The notes beneath the pieces are model-generated. The model ran no database searches. It was not told the DNA's origin and saw only the letters and a list, made by a program, of their open reading frames with translations. From Pseudovirgaria hyperparasitica (taxonomy: Eukaryota), in NCBI GenBank assembly GCA_010093815.1, contig ML996567.1: a stretch of DNA of 64,000 nt; one strand, given 5' to 3'. The position numbers and the translations under genes were made by a program. Positions within the stretch are counted from its first letter, which is position 1, and every line of letters starts with the position of its first letter. Of the stretch, positions 11,733-22,894 are shown piece by piece.

Positions 11733-12368
11733 ATTATAGCATCCGGGTTCCCGCCTTCGTTTGTTCTTGAGTTTTGACAAAGTACTTGGGAATGTCCGTT
11801 ACCAACACCTACGACTCAACGACAAGAGAATCAGTTCAAGTCAGGGGAGGCGCTCGGCTGCCATCACCGGCGATGCAGCATACATTCGTGGGGCCAGCAA
11901 GGAGACCACGGCTTTCGTTTTGGGTGTTTCACTAGCGAGCATTTTGGCGTCCTCAAAAAAGGATTTTGACGCATTACGTTTGGGCAAGCTACTCGGGCCC
12001 TTGGGGATACCGGCACTATCACGAAAGCGCTTCACGGTAGTGTCTTCGAGTATCGGAGTTGTAGGAGTATCGTCTCATGAAGACCACATGTAGTACCACG
12101 AAATATATGAACTGTATAATAGAGCATCTACTCTACCTCGTGATCTCGTGATCTATGTGATTGTCTATCCTGACCGTGATGGCGTTTGCTAATACGAGAT
12201 GAAAGTGTTTGTTTTGCTTATTCGTTGGTACAGTATCCATTTGCAGTTTCCCATCCCCGCAAAATGTGCGCCTGGCTAGCACAAGCGAACCGAACCAATG
12301 ATTATCGTGACGGGGAACTATATCAATAGTGGAGCCAAAAGCGGGAAGCGCGACCAGAATGATCAAAG

Positions 12369-12376
12369 TGACGTCA
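12369..12376. promoter_or_regulatory. Perfect CRE/ATF palindrome TGACGTCA, 224 nt upstream of the small gene at 12600
   Basis: Exact motif match; function is inferred. Confidence 0.4.
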
Positions 12377-12599
12377 ACCGCTTCTGCTAATTAGCCACCT
12401 ACCTCCGCAACCTCAGAAGGATCTTAAGAAGAAGAGCTCTCCATTCTCTTCCAGTAGTAGACACATCATTTCTTCTGAGCAACACAGTCGAGCAAGCAGT
12501 CTTTCTACTACAAACTCTGTTTCCAAAACTCGATCGGAACTGTCCCCCAATCAAAGATCAACGTCAAACATCTCCAATCAAATCAATCAATCAATCAAC

Positions 12600-12986
12600 A
12601 TGCCTCGCGACGGATCCGGCGCCGCCGACAACGCCATCGATGCCGGTCAGACTCAAGTGCATGGCGTAGGCAAGAGTGTACGTTTCTTGTGCTATTCGCT
12701 TGTGCATGCGTTTGTTCATTCATTCATGCATTAATGCATTCCGCACTGCATTCAAACACGTTTTCCACATTCCCAACACTGTCTTTTCCATTCCACAATA
12801 CATTGCAACGCTAACGTGTGCATGCAGGATGCCATCCCAGACCACACCAAGACCAACGTCGCGCCGATGCCCGAGCCGGAAAAGGGCGCGGCGATTGAGG
12901 GCATGGATGCTAGTGGTGGTGGCTCGGCGGGGATTGCGCAGCGTACGAATGAGCAGCTGCAAAAGGAGGCTTTGGGGAAGAAGTAG
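12600..12986 (+). CDS. Small 78-aa Gly/Ala-rich hydrophilic protein (hydrophilin-like), 2 exons
   Basis: (aatc)n leader and caacATG start. Exon 12600-12677, intron GTACGT...GCTAAC...CAG (12678-12827), exon 12828-12986. Translation: MPRDGSGAADNAIDAGQTQVHGVGKS|DAIPDHTKTNVAPMPEPEKGAAIEGMDASGGGSAGIAQRTNEQLQKEALGKK*. Confidence 0.85.
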
Positions 12987-13409
12987 AGTAGAGTGAAGTA
13001 GGTTGTGTTGTGTTGTGTTGTCGTTTAGCTTGAGGCTCTGAATGTATAACGACCGTTGACGAGAATCGATCGATGTGCTGCTGTGATTGTGTGATGTGTG
13101 CGATTGTGTTTGATCTGCGAAAGAAAGCGTGCATACATCGTTCGTGAGACCATGTGGAAGGAAAGTATACATTCGTGAGAGTATCGTGAGACAAGACGAC
13201 GCCCCGCCCAGGGGTATACGTAGAAGATACATCCATACCCATCCCAAGAAAACAACCAGACGTTAGGAAAGATTGAACGAATACATCCAAGTCCATCCAA
13301 ACAGGAGGGTGTACCGACCCGAATCCCATCCAAGCAAGAGGTTATACCGACCCTCTCTGAAACACCATCATCATCATCAAGTCGTTACAACCAGATCCCC
13401 AGTCCCACA

Positions 13410-14620
13410 TCAAGCCCTCTCCACCGCCGTCCTCCCCGTCGCAGGCCTCATCGTCGCCCGACTCGCCTTGGGACTCACAACCCCATGCCCAAACTGCCCA
13501 AAACTCGCATCACTAAAGCTCATGCCCATCCCCGCCGCCGCCGCCGCCGACGCAGCTCCCACAACCGGCCTCTTCACATCCTCCCTACTCACCGGCCCGC
13601 CATCCCCACCACCAAGCCCCCCAAACCCCTTCTCCGCCTCATCCACGCCCGCCAAACTAAACGTCCGCTGCCGAAACAACTCATGCTCCAAATCATCAAA
13701 CTCCTGCCCCGGATTCGCAGTCTCATACTCCAGCACCTTAACAAGCCTGTACAGCCCCACCGCCAACAACGCGCCCATCACCGGCCCCAGCCAATAAATC
13801 CAATGATACCCATCAAACGCGCCCAGCACGACCGACGGCCCGAAGCTACGCGCTGGATTCAGCGAGCCCCCTGTAAAGGGCACGGCCCCGAGCTCGGAGA
13901 TGAAGAGGGAGAGTCCGATGCCGATGGGCGCGAGGTAGGTGCTCTTGTGCTTTTCGGCGGCTAGCATGATGATGCAGAAGGTGAGTTGGAAGGTGGCGAA
14001 TAGTTCGATGAAGAGGCCGCGGGCGACGGTGGTGCCTTGGCCGAGGGTCGTGGCGACGGCCATGTCGCCTGGGAAGAGGCCGGCTACGATGCCGGCGGCG
14101 GTGATGGCGCCGAGGATCTGGGCGAGGAAGACGGAGAGGGCGCGGAGGGTGTCGAAGGCGCCGATGCAGAGGAGGGCGAGGGTGACCTTTTGGGGGAAGG
14201 GTTAGTTTTGTGTGTTGTCACGGTTGTGTTGCTTTGGAGAGATAGGGTTGGTGGTAAGGGGCTACTTACAGCAGGATTAAACAACCCCCCACTGATCCGG
14301 AAGAACACCCACGCGTTGACCGCCAACGAGAACCCGAAGCTCAACGCAATGAACATGACGACGCTGACATCCGACGTGCCCGACAACGCCGGCGTCGCGG
14401 TGGTGATGTTCTTGGCCGCCGTGTTGGCAACCTGCGTGCCCGTGAAGGCGAAGAAGAGGAACAGGAACGTGCCGACATATTCGCCGATGAAGGCAATGAA
14501 GTGGTTGCGCAGACTGTTCGGGAGCGCGGACAGGAATCGGACGTTCTTGTGTGAGGGCACCCGCGTTACCGGGTATTGGGGACGGGCTGTCTCGCCGGAA
14601 TGGGTACGGACTGAGTCCAT
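13410..14620 (-). CDS. Aquaporin (MIP family)
   Basis: GEYVGTFLFLFFAF, SGGLFNPA|VT and GGSLNPARSFGP (two NPA motifs), HWIYWLGP. Intron 14187-14269 (GTAAGT...CTAAC...AAG). Confidence 0.95.
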
Positions 14621-16490
14621 GGTTTGGTTACTGTAGAGTAGGACAGGACGGCCTGGCACCGACGACAAGGTTGTGCAGAGTAGGGATATCCTTCGGACGA
14701 AAAGGCCTAGTGACCGTCTACCAGTAACGAAACGCGGCGTAGATCCTTTTGACAAGCAAGGATCCGGGATTGATACAAAGTAGACACAAGAGAGATATAT
14801 AACGCTAGGAAACGATCATAGAAACTATACAAAGATCAAGAGTGGACTCCGAAACGAGTTGAGGAAAGAAAGAAGAGACTTGATGACGACGGCAGAGCGA
14901 CACACATAAATATACGTCCACAGGGACATAGACGAGACGTGAGCAGACGCGGCAGAGATACCTACCTACCTACTTAGTTAGCAACTATGAAGATATTCTC
15001 TCTCTCCTTCAAAACTTTAAACTAAAAAGATGACGCCTTTCCGCAAGCCTCCTTGGGGCAAGATGGGGGTGTATCTCCCCAAGCCCTTCATGCCGCTCGC
15101 AACGCTATCATCTGCATACATACCGATTGCCAAGCTGTAACTCCTTCTGGCAAGCAGGCATCCCCCATGTGTAGATCTTGACCAGGCATGAGGTACTGGA
15201 TGGCTTCTTGAACGAAACTCAATCCGAGTCATCTTCAATGTCGTTGGCTGCGACGGAAGAAGGGGGGGAAGGGGGACACGGCACGACGTCTGAGGAGGGG
15301 ATCGGCCTGAGCGTTCAGGCAGGCCGGCCTGTCTGACTGACATACTCATTGGTCGACGCTGTCTTGTGTTGCATAAGCGGGGATTCAGGAGTGCGATTGT
15401 GTGTTGGAGATGGTGAATATCGTTTCTCCATTCAACCCTCAGGGTGGCTGGATGGGGGGCAGAGATATGATGATATTGGTGCCTGACGTGCGTGTTGGCT
15501 GAAGTTTAAATCTCGTCTTTTCCCGTGTAGATCTTGTCCCGTCGTCTGTAACTAATTAGTCGGAAGTCGCACTGCGATGGATCGGGTTTGTGCCGCGATA
15601 ATCCCGAAATCCCCGTGTGTGCCGTGTCCTTGAAGATCGTCCTGACGCCGTTCCGTCTCTCTCTCTGTCTTTGATGGTTGAATTGACCGAGGGATGTTGA
15701 TGGTGCTGATGCTGATGCTCGTGAAGCGTGCTGTGAATACGGCCTCTTGCGTCGTTGTCGAGTCAGTCAGTATGCAGGCATGAGGTCAGATCGTGGAGTT
15801 TTTGCAGTATTCGGCACGGAAGCTCATCAGCCCAACATCATCTCTGGCTTCGGTGTTGGCTCAGGACTCAGCCTCTCCTCCAACACTCGTTCAGTCCACC
15901 AAATGCTGACTGTGGGTAATTGTGGCATAGTCACTACGAAACCCTTGATGGTCCAACGCCCCCTCCTAGTGTCAGGATCCGTTCACGAACCGTCGTGTCT
16001 TGCAAGCGGGCCTCCTCCGGTATAGCTACTGTCTACATGTATAGCTCACTATAGCCGACTAAGTGTCTAAACTCCAAGTGCTCGGCTCTAATATATCCCT
16101 AGAGTCTGTGTACTCACACAAAACTCCTATACACAGAGGAGAATGCTATAGGAGGCGACACAGCCATATGCTCCTTCTGGCTCGAAGCAGGGAAGGTGTT
16201 GGTCTGAGGGCTATGTTTAGATTGACGTCCAGGTACAGGAGGTCAGCTCCGTATTCAGATGGATATCGGACTGTTACCTTGTATCTGCCCTGCACAGCCA
16301 GCCATACACCACACGATAAACTCACTTCGCATCTCAAAGTCACTCTTTTTGTTTGAAATCTTGTCTCCTTCCCGGTCTTCTATCTGCAGCAACAGCCACT
16401 GAATTAACCCCTATTCACTTTGACATCCACCTCTCTTACCATGTCGCATCCCTCATAACCATTCTCACTCTCTATGCGTATGCGCGTAAG

Positions 16491-17430
16491 ATGTCCTCCC
16501 TCGCCGCCGAGCGAAGAGCAAACCGTCAAGAAGCCCGCGACGAAGCCCTCACCAGCTTCTTCCGCACAACGCCCTACCTAATAGCCGCAATCTTCCTCGT
16601 CTCCAGCATCGTCCTCGCCCTCTCCGCCGTACACGCACATCAACTCTCCGCCGAGCCCACATCCCACGACAACAACAACAACAACGGCGCCGTGAAGTTC
16701 TCCCTCATGTACATATCCATACACACACATCCCTCCTCTCCCAGCCACACCCAAGACTAACACCCAAACCAGCCAAATCCTCCTCTACACCTCCCTCGCT
16801 CCGCTCCTCACCATCCTCTACGCCCCCCTCGACGCCGCAATCTACTTCTCCTCCCACCACTCCTCCGTCTACGCCCTCCTCTCCACGCCCCTCCTCCTCA
16901 CCTCCTGGCTCACCACATCCACCTTCTGGACCCGCTGCGAAATCATCCTCATCCCCCCAAATACCCCCCCATCAAACCCAAACATCCACCTTCCCCCTTA
17001 CTGCCCGCAGCGCAGCATGCGCGCCCCGCAAATCGCCCTCCAGAACGCCGTGCAGATGGCCAAGGTCGCGCTGAGCTGGCTCGTCGTGCTGGCGTATCTG
17101 GTCTATGGCGTTATTGCGCTTGTGGCGGTTGTGCGTGGGCGGCGGGAGAAAGTGCGGGGTTTGGAGCTGGAGAGGAGGGTTGTGGAGGAGAGGGGGGATC
17201 GGGCGGGTGGGATGGTGTTTGATGTTGGTGGGGAGGAGAAGAAGAAGAAGAAGAAGAAGAAGAAGAGGCAGATTTGTGCGAGCGGTGATGATGAGGATGA
17301 TGGCAGTTTGGGCGGGAGCTGGGGGAGTGGTGGGTCGGAGGGTAGGACTATGAGTGATTTGGAGAGGGAGGCGGAGGTTGTCAAGGGGAGGTATCTTTCC
17401 GGGACGGGGACGCTGGAAAGGGGTCTCTGA
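16491..17430 (+). CDS. Hypothetical membrane protein with ~4 hydrophobic segments (MARVEL-like topology), 2 exons
   Basis: Intron 16709-16772 (GTACAT...CTAAC...CAG) joins the two ORFs in frame. Four hydrophobic stretches and a charged C-terminal tail. Confidence 0.7.
17239..17265 (+). repeat. (AAG)9 coding microsatellite encoding poly-Lys
   Basis: Read directly from the sequence. Confidence 0.9.
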
Positions 17431-17712
17431 TGGGGGTTGAGGTGGTAGGGAGTGAGGAGTTGTCCGTGTGTGTGTGATACCCATCCTGTACTTTGCAGTG
17501 TTTTGTTTCATGAGCGTCTTTGCCGCCATGGATGGCTGCCTAATAATGCGCTTGAATATATCACCTCCTATCACGCTTTCCAAATCCCTGGAAACTAGTT
17601 TCTACTGACTGTTCCATCCATGTATTTGTTTGTTCCCTCTATGTTTACCCCCAAAAATTGCGCCCCTCCCAATTCATGCCAAAACATATATATCCCAGCG
17701 AGCCCAACTCAT

Positions 17713-19699
17713 TCAAGGACAGTCATCCCCGTCATGCGCCCAGTTATCCGACACCCAACCCGTTATGATGTCCGTCAACGTCCCGTTCATGTACAGTGCG
17801 ATATCATCCTTGCTGCGCTTCTCATCCAGATATTCGAGCGCGAGTAAGATCCATGACTCCAGAAACTCGTTGTAGACGACGTCTACAGCTTGCGGCTCCT
17901 TGTCAGTCAGAGTCTCACTGTCTGAATCGCCCAGTCCTATCGATGCCTGGATGCAAGGCGGGACGTTGTAGAACTTGATCTCGGAGTGCAGTGTGTCGTC
18001 GCCATCGTCTCCAGCGTCATCCTTCGTTGTGTAGCCTGGTATCAGCTCTGGCTTCTTGTCGCCGAGAGGTACCTGGCCGTACGGTTTGTGCTTCCTTAAT
18101 GGAGTGACAACAATTGTCTTGTCATTGTCATCATCTCCCGACTCGATCTCTGGCAACTCGGGCATGAGCCTGTGAAGCGACCCACTTACTGAGGCTGACA
18201 GTGCCTTGTCGACAACAATCGGTCCTTCGTTGTTCAACAGCTGTAGGAGTTTCTTCGCTTTCTTGTACGGAACGTCTCGCAGGTAGCTGAACTGGCTGGT
18301 GAACGGCGAGATGAGGAAGGTGGTGTCTCGTGTGAATGGCCCCTTGAAGACATCGAAGCGCATTGCTCCTGTGTTTGTGATAACGAGTGCTGGGTGGCCC
18401 TTAGCTGCCCGATGCGACTGCTTGAATTGGCCCGGTAGCACTTCGTTTTCAAGCCAGGTGAAGATGCTCGTACCGCTGGGGTAGGGTGCGCGGTTGACCC
18501 AGTAGTCCTGAGGGGCACAGCCGTATCTTGTGTCCAGTGTGAGGTTCTTGCGGGCTTCGTGGATTAACGCGGAAGTCTTGCTGCCGGCCGAGGTAGTGAA
18601 TGTATCCTGATCTGTACCGCTGTGGTGTCGAAGGGAGAAGAGGTTGTTGTCAATATAACGCCGAGAGAAGGTCAAACCTTTGCTGGCAGACACGTCCTCG
18701 CTCTTGCTATGCCCGTTCAGACCGCTAATAGACAGAAATCCAATTGTCTCCATGTACCGGCCGCTTTCGAGCGCAGTCGTCTTGTCATCATACCTCTTGA
18801 AGTCTCGAATGTGGGTATGCCCACCAAAGAATTGCAAGGGTGTATCGTATTGCACAGATCGGATGGCCTTGTATATAGCATCATACTCTTTCGATCGTAT
18901 TGCCACATGCCCGGCTACGAGGATGAGGTCTACTTCCTCGTCTCTTATAGCATACTGAAACCAATCTTGCTTAATGGTATCCTCCACCGTGTGGACAATC
19001 GTGTTATTCGAGTTGCCTGTAAAATCGTAAAGGAAGCCAAAGACCAAGACCCGAATGCCTTGGTTCTTCGTCGTTAGCTTCTTGTATCTGCGGGCAAGTG
19101 GCTCGAAGTTGCCCGTCTTGGGGTTGAAGATGTCCAGGTTGGATGCGAGATACTTGTCTTTGAAGTTCGGCACAGTGAAGTTGAGCTCGCCCTCTGACGA
19201 GCTTGTCTTATATAGCTCATGGTTTCCAGAGCAAATGAAATCTATGTCTTGTTCTTTCACAATATCGTATGTGTAGATTGCTTTTGGGTCCGAAGCATCT
19301 GTCAACCCGTTTCCTTCTATCCTGTCGCCGGTGTCGATGAGTAGTAGATCTTTGCCGTCCGCGTCCGCTCGATCTCGGAGGTGTTTCGCGAATGATATAT
19401 AGTCTCCCCAGTCGGCAGAGTATGACGGTCTGTATTAGATTAGATCATGGCACCGGGGTGGACGTTAGGCTCGAGCAACCTACTCTTGTAGATGCCCAGC
19501 GAACCAGCCATGTACGTCTGTTGTCTGCCTACTACAAGTCAGTTTTGGTCTTCCTGCAGGAGTATACACTATATACGTACAGGAAGTTCAGTTGGCCCCA
19601 AGGAAGCTCTCGAAGTGGCGCTTCTACAGGTGCTGGAGCTGACGGTTGCGCGGCAAATGCTGCAGTAAACAGGTGGGAAAGCAACAAGACAGACAACAT
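17713..19699 (-). CDS. Secreted/vacuolar calcineurin-like metallophosphoesterase (5'-nucleotidase-like, YHR202W-type)
   Basis: Signal peptide MLSVLLLSHLFTAAFAA, then LPWGQLNFL|QTTDVHGW, DTGDRIEGNG, GNHELY, AGH and GGHTH metallophosphoesterase motifs. Two 5' introns. Confidence 0.88.
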
Positions 19700-19920
19700 G
19701 CTGGAGGGTATCTGGCGTGAGGCTATTGTTGAAGGAGAAAGCAGTAGTCGTAGCGACCGATCGAAGTGATCACTGGTCAGTAGACAGTGGTCACCTGCAG
19801 GCCAAACACCGCGACTCCACGCACGAGCTCCAGCAGCTAGCCATGTAATGATTAGGGCAGTCTGTTAGTAGCAACTCCGCGAAAACAAACTGCGCGCGAC
19901 AGAGTCTTGAGTAGCGTCAT

Positions 19921-20150
19921 GAATATGATTAGAATTAGTAGTCCTTATAAAAGAGATTTAGACTATATTAATATCTATGGAATGTATACTACTCATTTGT
20001 TTAGATCTGACTAGTATATATATTACTTCTACTACTAGAATAAAGTTAACGATATTTTATCTTTCGTATTATATAGCACTCTTTTACTAGGTATAGAATT
20101 TAGATATATTAAAGCGCTATTAGTTTATTTACATTACTTGAAATGCCTTA
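19921..20150. other. AT-rich, TpA-rich island; possible RIP-degraded repeat relic
   Basis: About 24% GC by hand count over 19921-20140, with many TA and few CA dinucleotides, inside roughly 50% GC flanks. Confidence 0.5.
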
Positions 20151-20514
20151 TAAGATCGTGGTGAAGTGTGACCTTATAAATAGATCAGATCAAGGTTGGC
20201 AGCCTTCAATCGGCGTCGGAGCCTTGTGGAGGCCCGTGCTCGTACATGCCATACTAAGTTTCTTTGACGCGACAAAAATTATTCCAACCACAAGTCTTGC
20301 TTCACCACCAACACTATTGCATCTTCACGCGCTGTCAGCTGTTTCGTGACAGAATCTTGACGGCTGAAAACTCTTCGGCAAACTCTCAAATTCTGCCCTT
20401 CTCGCGCGAGCGCAAAGAGTCGTCGCGTTCGTCATATTCCCTCCAAAACAACAACAGTCCTCAACGCGCCAGTTATCAATCATCCACGATCGGAGCGCTA
20501 AAGTATCCATCATC

Positions 20515-22269
20515 ATGCCTCCTAAGCGAACTCAAGCAACAGCTGTCGATGGCGAGCGCGTATCGAAGCGTATCAAAACAGTCGTCGCTGCCAAACAAGA
20601 GGCTGAGAAAGCGCCAGCCAAGGCAAGCCTGAAAGCACCAGGTACCAAGAAACCCACAGCTGCGCAGGCCGCCAAAAAGGCCACGGCTGCAAAGGAGAAG
20701 GAGAAAGCCAAGAAAGCTGTGGCCCCCAAGAAAGCCGTCGCAAAGAAGGCAGCTCCGCGTCCCAAGAAAGCCGCTTCTGTAGCTCCCTCTGCTTCAGATG
20801 AGGAATCAAAACCAAAAGGTGACTATGATGTTCCTAGCCTAAGTAAGTATCCCAGCCGTAGCCACCGAGTATCTGGAACTGACAAATGTCTAGGTAGTTT
20901 GAAAGACCTTCCGATCATCAACGACCCACGCTACACGAGAATACTCGATGTCTTCGTATGCGGCGAGGGCGCGAATGGCGAACTGGGCCTCGGTGACGCG
21001 AAGGGCCAAATGGACGTGAAGCGCCCACGCCTTAACAAATTCCTTCACGATAAACAAGTCGTTCGCGTCGCCAACGGCGGCATGCATGTCCTTGCGCTTA
21101 CCCTCGACAACAAGATTCTCAGTTGGGGTGTTAACGATGAGGGCGCCTTGGGTCGCAATACCAAATGGGACGCGCCGACCAAGGACATGGACGCTGCGGA
21201 GGACTCCGACTCCGATGACGACAGTACTACAGGCTTGAACCCTCTCGAATCAACTCCAATGGAAATTCCATCAGACCGCTTCCATCCAGGCGTTAAATTT
21301 GTCGATATCATTGCTGGTGACAGTTGCTCATTTGCTCTCACCAATCAAGGTCGCGTTTATGGCTGGGGTACTTTCAAGAGCAACGAAGGCACCCTCGGTC
21401 TGACCCCTTCTGTACGTGTCGCGCGTCAACCAGTCCTTCTAGACAGCTTGAAGAACATTACCAAATTTGCGTGTGGCGCAAACCACGTCTTGGCTTTGGA
21501 CAAGAAAGGCGTCGTCTATGGCTTCGGTGCTGGACAGCAACATCAGCTAGCCCGTACTATTATCAAACGAAGTGAGCTCAACGCTACTGTACCAACTCAC
21601 ATCAGTATCAAAGACGGGCGTAGAGTCATCAAGATCAAGGATGTCTCGTGCGGCACCCATAACAGCTTCGCTATCGGCGAAAACAACCACGTCTACAGCT
21701 GGGGACTCAACAATTACGCCCAGTGCGGTATCTCGGATGATCTTGGAGATGACGAAGGTTCCATTGTCAAGACACCTACATGGATTGAGAGTCTCAAGGA
21801 GGTCAGCAGCGTTGAAGGAGGCAATTCACACTCGATTGCTGTTGCTAAGGATGGTGACATCCTCGTGTGGGGTCGTTGCGACGGCTCGCAATTGGGTATC
21901 GATCTGAGCAAGGTGCGAGAAGACCATATTGTATTCTCGGTTCCTCAAGCAGGTGCTCTCGTCCAGAAGCGCTCTCCAAAAGTTGTGAAAGTTCCAACAA
22001 AGGTCACTGGTGTGGAAGGAAAGGGACAGTTTGCAACTGCTGGTCCCGACCATTGCATCGCAATCAATAAAGCCGGCAAAGCTTATTCGTGGGGCTTCAG
22101 CGTTGCCTACCAGACCGGCCAAGGCACTACAGACGATATCCCAGTTGCTACACTCATCGACAACACTGCAACTCGCGACCGAAAGCTCATGTGGGCCGGT
22201 GCTGGAGGACAGTACTCTGCCTTTGCTGCCTATCAAGACGAGGCACTCAGGGTCAATGGCACTTCCTGA
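20515..22269 (+). CDS. SRM1: RCC1-family Ran guanine-nucleotide exchange factor (Srm1/Prp20/Pim1)
   Basis: Basic N-terminal tail and RCC1 repeats (GEGANGELGLG, GGMHVLAL, SWGVNDEGALGR, WGLNNYAQCG, AGAGGQYS). Probable intron 20843-20893. Confidence 0.92.
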   Translation: MPPKRTQATAVDGERVSKRIKTVVAAKQEAEKAPAKASLKAPGTKKPTAAQAAKKATAAKEKEKAKKAVAPKKAVAKKAAPRPKKAASVAPSASDEESKPKGDYDVPSLSKYPSRSHRVSGTDKCLGSLKDLPIINDPRYTRILDVFVCGEGANGELGLGDAKGQMDVKRPRLNKFLHDKQVVRVANGGMHVLALTLDNKILSWGVNDEGALGRNTKWDAPTKDMDAAEDSDSDDDSTTGLNPLESTPMEIPSDRFHPGVKFVDIIAGDSCSFALTNQGRVYGWGTFKSNEGTLGLTPSVRVARQPVLLDSLKNITKFACGANHVLALDKKGVVYGFGAGQQHQLARTIIKRSELNATVPTHISIKDGRRVIKIKDVSCGTHNSFAIGENNHVYSWGLNNYAQCGISDDLGDDEGSIVKTPTWIESLKEVSSVEGGNSHSIAVAKDGDILVWGRCDGSQLGIDLSKVREDHIVFSVPQAGALVQKRSPKVVKVPTKVTGVEGKGQFATAGPDHCIAINKAGKAYSWGFSVAYQTGQGTTDDIPVATLIDNTATRDRKLMWAGAGGQYSAFAAYQDEALRVNGTS

Positions 22270-22655
22270 ATCGACTCATTTGATCTTCGTCATCGATCAA
22301 CTAAACTAAAAGCACCAAAATCGATCTGATCCACTCTAATCGTTCTCACATTCATTGGAAGGCGTTTGGGTTACATCGAGTTCTGGTAACAGTTTGTTCG
22401 GGCCTCTGCTACGGCATATTTGCACAAGGTAGCGCGGAGTTCATGGCGTTCATGATTGCGTTGTATTCATATTTCACTTTACCAACCGCCGCCTCAATTA
22501 CTCGAACCTCGGTAGCTCTCCTTTGTACGCTTGATTCTTCTCGTTCGGGCCAGATCTGTTCCTCGCCTTTCGGCTCGAGGCTAGTTCCAGCGGCTAAGAG
22601 GTGGCAATAATACTGTACTCAGGACAGACTTGACTGAAAGAAGATTGTGAGACTT

Positions 22656-22684
22656 GCTGGGTGCTGGGTGCTGGGTGCTGGGTG
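22656..22684. repeat. Tandem 7-mer (GCTGGGT) x4
   Basis: Read directly from the sequence, between convergent genes. Confidence 0.8.
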
Positions 22685-22894
22685 GGTCAGGCTGGATCGG
22701 GCTGGATTGAGAATTGGTTATAAAGCAGGGTGGCCTTTCTGTTTGTGTTTTTGTACTGAGTCAGGGCATAGTTACATTATGACAAAAGGGTTTGAGTTTG
22801 AGTTCGTACGCTTGGGTAATTAAAGCTCGTTTCCCACACAAATGTTCGCAACATGCACATCCGTGATATTCTGCAAATCTGGATTCTAGCCACC

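Noticed and set aside
11761..12093. 110-aa ORF after HAC1 with a hydrophobic stretch
   Set aside because: TTG start and separated from both HAC1 frames by stops; most likely 3' UTR.
13273..14636. Several long plus-strand ORFs over the aquaporin (similar ones overlap UTP21, ARA2 and ATR)
   Set aside because: Antisense shadows caused by GC-rich codon usage.
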